The notes under the pieces: model-generated | Told to the model about the DNA's origin: nothing | Seen by the model: the letters and a program-made list of their open reading frames with translations, nothing else | Databases searched by the model: none | Source: an uncultured Gammaproteobacteria bacterium | GTDB taxonomy: Bacteria; Patescibacteriota; Patescibacteriia; UBA9934; GWF2-40-263 | Assembly: GCA_964402425.1 (NCBI GenBank) | Contig: CAYOCD010000002.1 | Location: 27,612-91,611, forward strand | Direction: 5' to 3' | DNA length: 64,000 bases | Shown: positions 59,210-64,000 of the stretch, one piece after another | Position numbering within the stretch: position 1 is the stretch's first letter | Layout: every line of letters starts with the position of its first letter | Translations under genes and position numbers: made by a program

Positions 59210-60397
59210 ATGCCCCAAAATCGGGTCAAAATAGGTCTTTCATTGTTCGGAATTTCGGTTCTTCTGTTTTGTGTTGGTATTTTACCTACACAAGCAGATG
59301 AACCTATTTTTTCTGAAGTTCAACAATCTATTAAAGACAAGAAAACAAATATTGATCAACTCAATCAGCAAATTGAGACGTATCAAAAAAAAATTCAAGA
59401 TGCTCAATCAAAAAAGATTACGCTTGAGTCAGAACTTGATCTTTTAGAAAATCGAGCATTAAAAACACAATTAGAAATTGATGAAACGACGGCACAAATC
59501 GATCTTCTGAATGCAGAGATCGCCAACACAGAATCAAAAATTCTTGAAATGAAAAAGAGATTGGAGCGACAAAAAGAGATCATGGTAACAGTCATTCAAA
59601 AAATACAATCACAAGACAACACATTAAATATTCAGCTTTTTTACGGATCAGAACCTTTATCGATGCTTTTGGATACCGTTCAGAAGCTAGAGCAAATTAA
59701 TTCAGATCTTGCACAAGCCGTCAAAGACGCAAAAGCGTTAAAAGTGGCACTTGAACAAGCAAAAGCTGATCAAGAAGTAAAACGAACACGACTACACACC
59801 CACGAAGAAGATCTTCAAACAAACAAAATGCGTTTAAGTGAGGAATTGGAAGCAAAAGAAATCATTTTGGCCACAACAAGACAATCAGAGAAAAAATTTC
59901 AATCGTTGGTGGAAGAATTGAAGCAGGAACAAGTTTTTGTTCAAAACCAGATTCGTGAATTACAAACTCGCCTTGAACAGCGCATTCAACCTTCTGATGA
60001 AATCGGTGGGGGACTTCTTTCTTGGCCGCTTAGTAATACACACAGATTATCAGCTTCGTTTCATGATCCAACCTATCCATTTCGCAATCTATTTGAGCAC
60101 TCCGGAATAGATATTCCGGCACCAAAAGGAACACCCGTTCATTCAGCCGCAGCAGGTTTTGTGGCATGGACGCGTAGGGGAGCGCAGTATGGGAATTATG
60201 TCATGATTATTCACTCAAACGGTGTTGCAACGCTTTATGCCCATCTTTCACGCATTGATGTTGTCGCCGATCAATTTATTCCACGCGGTGGTCAAATAGG
60301 TCTTGTTGGATCAACAGGACTTTCAACAGGCCCACACCTTCATTTTGAAGTCCGTAAAGAGGGAATACCTACAGACCCAATGTTATATCTTGATTAA
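59210..60397 (+). CDS. coiled-coil plus M23 peptidase (EnvC/MepM-like)
   Basis: Signal peptide, long coiled coil, HSGID, YAHLS, STGPHLHFE. Confidence 0.9.
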   Translation: MPQNRVKIGLSLFGISVLLFCVGILPTQADEPIFSEVQQSIKDKKTNIDQLNQQIETYQKKIQDAQSKKITLESELDLLENRALKTQLEIDETTAQIDLLNAEIANTESKILEMKKRLERQKEIMVTVIQKIQSQDNTLNIQLFYGSEPLSMLLDTVQKLEQINSDLAQAVKDAKALKVALEQAKADQEVKRTRLHTHEEDLQTNKMRLSEELEAKEIILATTRQSEKKFQSLVEELKQEQVFVQNQIRELQTRLEQRIQPSDEIGGGLLSWPLSNTHRLSASFHDPTYPFRNLFEHSGIDIPAPKGTPVHSAAAGFVAWTRRGAQYGNYVMIIHSNGVATLYAHLSRIDVVADQFIPRGGQIGLVGSTGLSTGPHLHFEVRKEGIPTDPMLYLD

Positions 60398-60404
60398 CTT
60401 CCAT

Positions 60405-60641
60405 ATGAACATAGAACTTGTCACACTTTTAAAAATTGCGGGATGGATTTTAACCCTTGCTCCAATCGGTGGATTTTTGTTATTTTCAATTATCATGGTA
60501 CGTGAAATTTCAAAAAACGATGATGAGAGTTTGAAAGGGCTTATCAACATTGGGTTTCTTATTTTCGGAATAGGAGCGGTCCTGCTTATTGTTAGTTATG
60601 CAGGAGGGTTTCTTCTTTCATCATCAAGTAACACACTATAA
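60405..60641 (+). CDS. small two-TM membrane protein
   Basis: Two hydrophobic segments; followed by a terminator. Confidence 0.65.
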   Translation: MNIELVTLLKIAGWILTLAPIGGFLLFSIIMVREISKNDDESLKGLINIGFLIFGIGAVLLIVSYAGGFLLSSSSNTL

Positions 60642-60651
60642 AGAACAAAAC

Positions 60652-60675
60652 AGAACCCCTTACCGGGGTTCTTTT
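60652..60675 (+). terminator. intrinsic terminator
   Basis: AGAACCCC-ttacc-GGGGTTCT plus Ts. Confidence 0.8.
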
Positions 60676-60689
60676 ATTTGATTTTATTA

Positions 60690-60717
60690 GCGTCGTACAA
60701 TATATCTTATACGACGC
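60690..60717. other. candidate dif / Xer-type recombination site (11-6-11)
   Basis: GCGTCGTACAA-TATATC-TTATACGACGC; arms inverted with one mismatch. Confidence 0.55.
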
Positions 60718-61076
60718 AACAGGATAAGGCGCTAGAAACAATGGGTATCAGTATACCTTGTAAATTGTCTCAATTTAGCGTAGAAATGGTTATTTGGCTT
60801 CATGCAGCATTTTGATGAGCCGTCCGAAACTGTACGTGTTGTTTTTATATTTTAAGATCAAAATCTTCATCACGATTTTTTATTTTTATACGACTGCAAT
60901 ACTATTTCATATTTATTCATCCAGTTGCTTTGTATGCCATCTCAACAACGCACCCTGCTTCACGTACAACATCTTCAGGGGTCTGTATGGATGCTCGATT
61001 GTCTACCCCTACCCTAAGGTCATCCTAATTGATTATTTTACGACACATACCATAAAGAGGTATTTGTTGATGTGTG

Positions 61077-61904
61077 TTATTTGTAATACACATGATCCCC
61101 AAATCGAAGGTCGATGTATTGTAATTTTGTTACATCTTTAATCGTTCCTTGAAGCAAAGCTTTCAGTCGTTCTGATTGTGAGTTTAAGTCACTGTCAGGA
61201 TCAAATAAAATATAAAATCCTTGAGTGGTTAAAACACCCATCCACTTCCCTACTTGCAGGTCAATTTGTGTTTCTGTAAACGAAATACCTTGCGATGAAA
61301 GGAGTTTGTGAAATGCAAGAATTTGTTTGATCCTTTCCTCAGAAAGGATCTGGTCACCAATAGCAATTAATTTATTATTTCGGTCCACGATAATCGGAAG
61401 AGGTTTTGACGGGTCAATCGCATCGATCTTTTGAGTCACAATTCCTTGTAGGTCTGCAAGATAAAATTCCTTGTTTGTTTTCCAAACAATATCTGATGTT
61501 CTTTCTTTGATAACAAGATAAATCGTTTGTTTTTTGAGCTTTATATCAATCTGGTCGAATGCAAAAGTCTTTTCAAGAAAAGTTTGTAGTGTTTTTTTTG
61601 AAAAGAGAAAACGGTTTGTGTTGTGAAAAATAAATAAATGAGATTGACCTAAATATTCGCGCACCCCTGTTTCCATTTGTGTATTTGAAGACGCTTGAAG
61701 TCCATGTATTTCAACAGAGCGAATTTTGAAAGCAGGATACGTAAAAAGATACATCAAAAAAGCTACAAACAGAAAAGTGGACGCGGCGCCAATGATGAGA
61801 TACTTATTCTTAGGTGTTTTTGGAGTCTGAAAATAAGGGTTGCGATATGCACCGCGCGAATAGCGTTTTTGCTGAAGTCGATGAAAATGATTGCGTTTTT
61901 GCAT
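61077..61904 (-). CDS. ftsQ: FtsQ/DivIB-like cell division protein
   Basis: Basic N-tail, single TM, POTRA-like region, C-terminal YIDLRFGDHVYYK. Confidence 0.8.
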   Translation of the reverse strand: MQKRNHFHRLQQKRYSRGAYRNPYFQTPKTPKNKYLIIGAASTFLFVAFLMYLFTYPAFKIRSVEIHGLQASSNTQMETGVREYLGQSHLFIFHNTNRFLFSKKTLQTFLEKTFAFDQIDIKLKKQTIYLVIKERTSDIVWKTNKEFYLADLQGIVTQKIDAIDPSKPLPIIVDRNNKLIAIGDQILSEERIKQILAFHKLLSSQGISFTETQIDLQVGKWMGVLTTQGFYILFDPDSDLNSQSERLKALLQGTIKDVTKLQYIDLRFGDHVYYK

Positions 61905-61907
61905 ACG

Positions 61908-63047
61908 CTATACCACAATGCGTGGAATAGATGCATTAATGCGTGATAGGACTTCGTACGGAATGGTAGAGATTTTTTGAGCCATTGTATCTGCGCTCAT
62001 AAAATTACGTGCATCTTTTCCAATAAGAATTACCTCTTGATTTTTTTGAACATTTGGAACACTTGAAACATCAACCATAATCATGTTCATATTGACACGC
62101 CCCATAACTTTACAGCGATATCCACCAATCAAAACTTCTCCACGTGAAGATAGGCGTCGATCATAACCATCCCAGTATCCAACAGGTAAAACAGCAATAC
62201 GACTCCTCTTTTGAACGATTTCCGTAAGTCCATAGCCGATTGGGGTTCCACCCGGAATAGATTTTACTTGAGCAATACGGGTTTTCCAAGATAAAACTGG
62301 CTGAAGTTCGCATGGGATTGCTTGTTTGTGCATCGTCTCTTCAACCATGGAAGATGACCAGATGCCATACATGGCAATTCCGGCACGTACAAGCGTTCCG
62401 TATGTCTGAGGGTACAATAAAATGGCTGCAGAACACGCACAATGAATGTATTGCGGTTCGAGCTCAAACGTACGAACAAGCTCAAGGGCTTGCGTAAAAC
62501 GTTGATATTGTAATGTGGCGTATTCTGTATTTGTTGTGTCTTCAATATTTGCGAAATGCGTTGAAACACCAACAAGCTGCAAATGAGTTGATTCTCGAAA
62601 AAGATTGAGAAGATCTGGTAAATCATCCATTGAAACCCCTTGGCGAGATGTTCCGGTTTCGATTTTCAAATGAATACGCGCAGGCAGCGCGGATTTTGAA
62701 GCAACAGCCTCAGCTTCACGCAAGCCTTCAAGGTCATAGAGCGTAAGATCAATTTGTTCACGAATTGCTTCATGAAAGCGTTCAGCCATGGTGTAGCCAA
62801 GAACAATGATGAGAGATGTGGGAAACAGATCGCGCAAAATAAGCGCATCTTCAATACAATCTACCCCAAAGGCATCAACACCATTGCGACGTGCAATACG
62901 TGCCACTTCTTTTAATCCGTGGCCATAGGCATTTGCTTTTACAATCGCACAAAAAACAGCCCCGTTCCCTACCAGGGATCGGAGTGTTTGAATGTTTGAA
63001 GAGAGTGCAGTCTCTTTTATTTCAACCCATGTTCTGTGCATACACAT
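61908..63047 (-). CDS. alr: alanine racemase
   Basis: AIVKANAYGHG, HLKIETGTSRQG, VGYWDG, GRVNMN, TIPYE. Confidence 0.95.
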   Translation of the reverse strand: MCMHRTWVEIKETALSSNIQTLRSLVGNGAVFCAIVKANAYGHGLKEVARIARRNGVDAFGVDCIEDALILRDLFPTSLIIVLGYTMAERFHEAIREQIDLTLYDLEGLREAEAVASKSALPARIHLKIETGTSRQGVSMDDLPDLLNLFRESTHLQLVGVSTHFANIEDTTNTEYATLQYQRFTQALELVRTFELEPQYIHCACSAAILLYPQTYGTLVRAGIAMYGIWSSSMVEETMHKQAIPCELQPVLSWKTRIAQVKSIPGGTPIGYGLTEIVQKRSRIAVLPVGYWDGYDRRLSSRGEVLIGGYRCKVMGRVNMNMIMVDVSSVPNVQKNQEVILIGKDARNFMSADTMAQKISTIPYEVLSRINASIPRIVV

Positions 63048-63424
63048 TACTCTGGAAGATAGGTGAGTGTCTCGATAGGAATTGTTCTGTGGTTTTCTTC
63101 CAACCACCGTATAATATCTGACTTTAATGCATCTTGATCAAAGCCAAGCACAAGAACATCGGGTTGTACCTTATTCAGAATAATATAAGAACCAAGTTGT
63201 TCATCACTCAAAAATGCTTGAGAAATGTGTGGATCTTCAGCAACACGCTGCAATCGAACAGACTCTGAATTTCGCGGTTCTTTCTTTTTGAGCGTGCGTA
63301 CATGTTCATCTCGTGCGACAGCTGCAATCAGCTCTGTTCCTTTTTTTGCGGCTTCTTCAATAAAGAACTGATGACCCGCGTCAAATCCGTCGAATGTTCC
63401 AAAGACGAGAGCTTTGCGTGTCAT
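63047..63424 (-). CDS. cytidylyltransferase-superfamily nucleotidyltransferase (archaeal-type FAD synthase RibL-like)
   Basis: FGTFDGFDAGH, VARD, PDVLVLGFDQ. Confidence 0.75.
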   Translation of the reverse strand: MTRKALVFGTFDGFDAGHQFFIEEAAKKGTELIAAVARDEHVRTLKKKEPRNSESVRLQRVAEDPHISQAFLSDEQLGSYIILNKVQPDVLVLGFDQDALKSDIIRWLEENHRTIPIETLTYLPE

Positions 63425-64000
63425 ACATCTGATGAATCCTGGTTTCTTTGTTTAAGAGTTGGAAATAAAATGACCTCTTTAAGGTTTGGGGCATTTGTTA
63501 AAAAGGCAATGAGGCGATCGATACCGATTCCAACCCCGCTTGTTGGGGGCATACCGTGTTCAAGTGCGCTCAAAAAGGCTTCATCCATCCATTGCGCTTC
63601 CTCACTTCCCTTTTCTCGCAATGTTTGTTGTTCCTCAAAACGATTACGTTGATCAACAGGATCATTCAATTCATCATAGTAAGCATTGATGACCTCAGCT
63701 CCTTGAATAACAAGTTGAACACAGGCACTCTTTGTTGGATCTTCTTGCTTTGCTTTTGCAAGAGGCTTAAGTGAAGTTGGATAATCAAAAATCCATGTTG
63801 GTTGCATGACATTTGGCCGAGCTGTGTTTTTCCAAAGAGCATCGTAATATTCACCCATTCCAATACATCCTGTAAAGTCAACGAAAATCCCTTTTTCTTT
63901 ACAAAGAGCTATAAGAGAATCGGGCTCTGTAACAAGATCAATATCAATACCACATGCACTTAAAATTGCTTGTCGGAATGTTAATCGAGGAAACGGTGCT
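63421..64000 (-). CDS. lysS: class II lysine--tRNA ligase, C-terminal part (runs off the right edge)
   Basis: Frame open to the window end; ELNDPVDQRNRF, ALEHGMPPTSGVGIGIDRL, EVILFP. Confidence 0.95.
   Translation of the reverse strand, partial: APFPRLTFRQAILSACGIDIDLVTEPDSLIALCKEKGIFVDFTGCIGMGEYYDALWKNTARPNVMQPTWIFDYPTSLKPLAKAKQEDPTKSACVQLVIQGAEVINAYYDELNDPVDQRNRFEEQQTLREKGSEEAQWMDEAFLSALEHGMPPTSGVGIGIDRLIAFLTNAPNLKEVILFPTLKQRNQDSSDV

Noticed and set aside
60794-61141. 115-aa plus-strand ORF
   Set aside because: TTG start with no expression signals, implausible composition, and antisense overlap with the ftsQ end.
1-64000. Alternative genetic code (UGA = Gly)
   Set aside because: Conserved genes are full-length in code 11, and TGA acts as a stop, for example in ATGA overlaps such as secD/secF.

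Overview
Gene-dense bacterial chromosome segment in genetic code 11. It is most consistent with a Patescibacteria/CPR (Parcubacteria/ABY1-like) genome; this is an inference from the VirD4-like ATPase plus partner pair, C-Ala-less AlaRS, CTD-less RpoA, degenerate PriA and SD-poor housekeeping genes. Core genes: rdgB, glyA, murC, murB, hpf, secA, secDF, mnmA, era, rlmD, alaS, the infA-rpmJ-rpsM-rpsK-rpsD-rpoA-rplQ-rplM-rpsI cluster, a Wzx/GT/Wzy-like glycan locus, fmt-def-priA, clpB with a perfect CIRCE, gltX, ftsQ, alr and a partial lysS. Most notable: (1) an integrase-free, AT-rich two-block island after secA (about 14.1-19.0 kb), delimited by an exact 28-bp repeat that resembles the canonical secA 3' end and by three copies of one terminator; (2) two tandem myxobacterial-type cysteine-repeat lipoproteins; (3) an 11-6-11 dif-like palindrome at 60690; (4) sigma70 -10 boxes only 8-9 nt before many housekeeping start codons, implying near-leaderless mRNAs, while accessory genes use SD sites; (5) SecD with inserted parvulin domains. 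I saw no tRNA, rRNA, CRISPR array, integrase or transposase. All assignments come from reading motifs by eye; no database searches were run.
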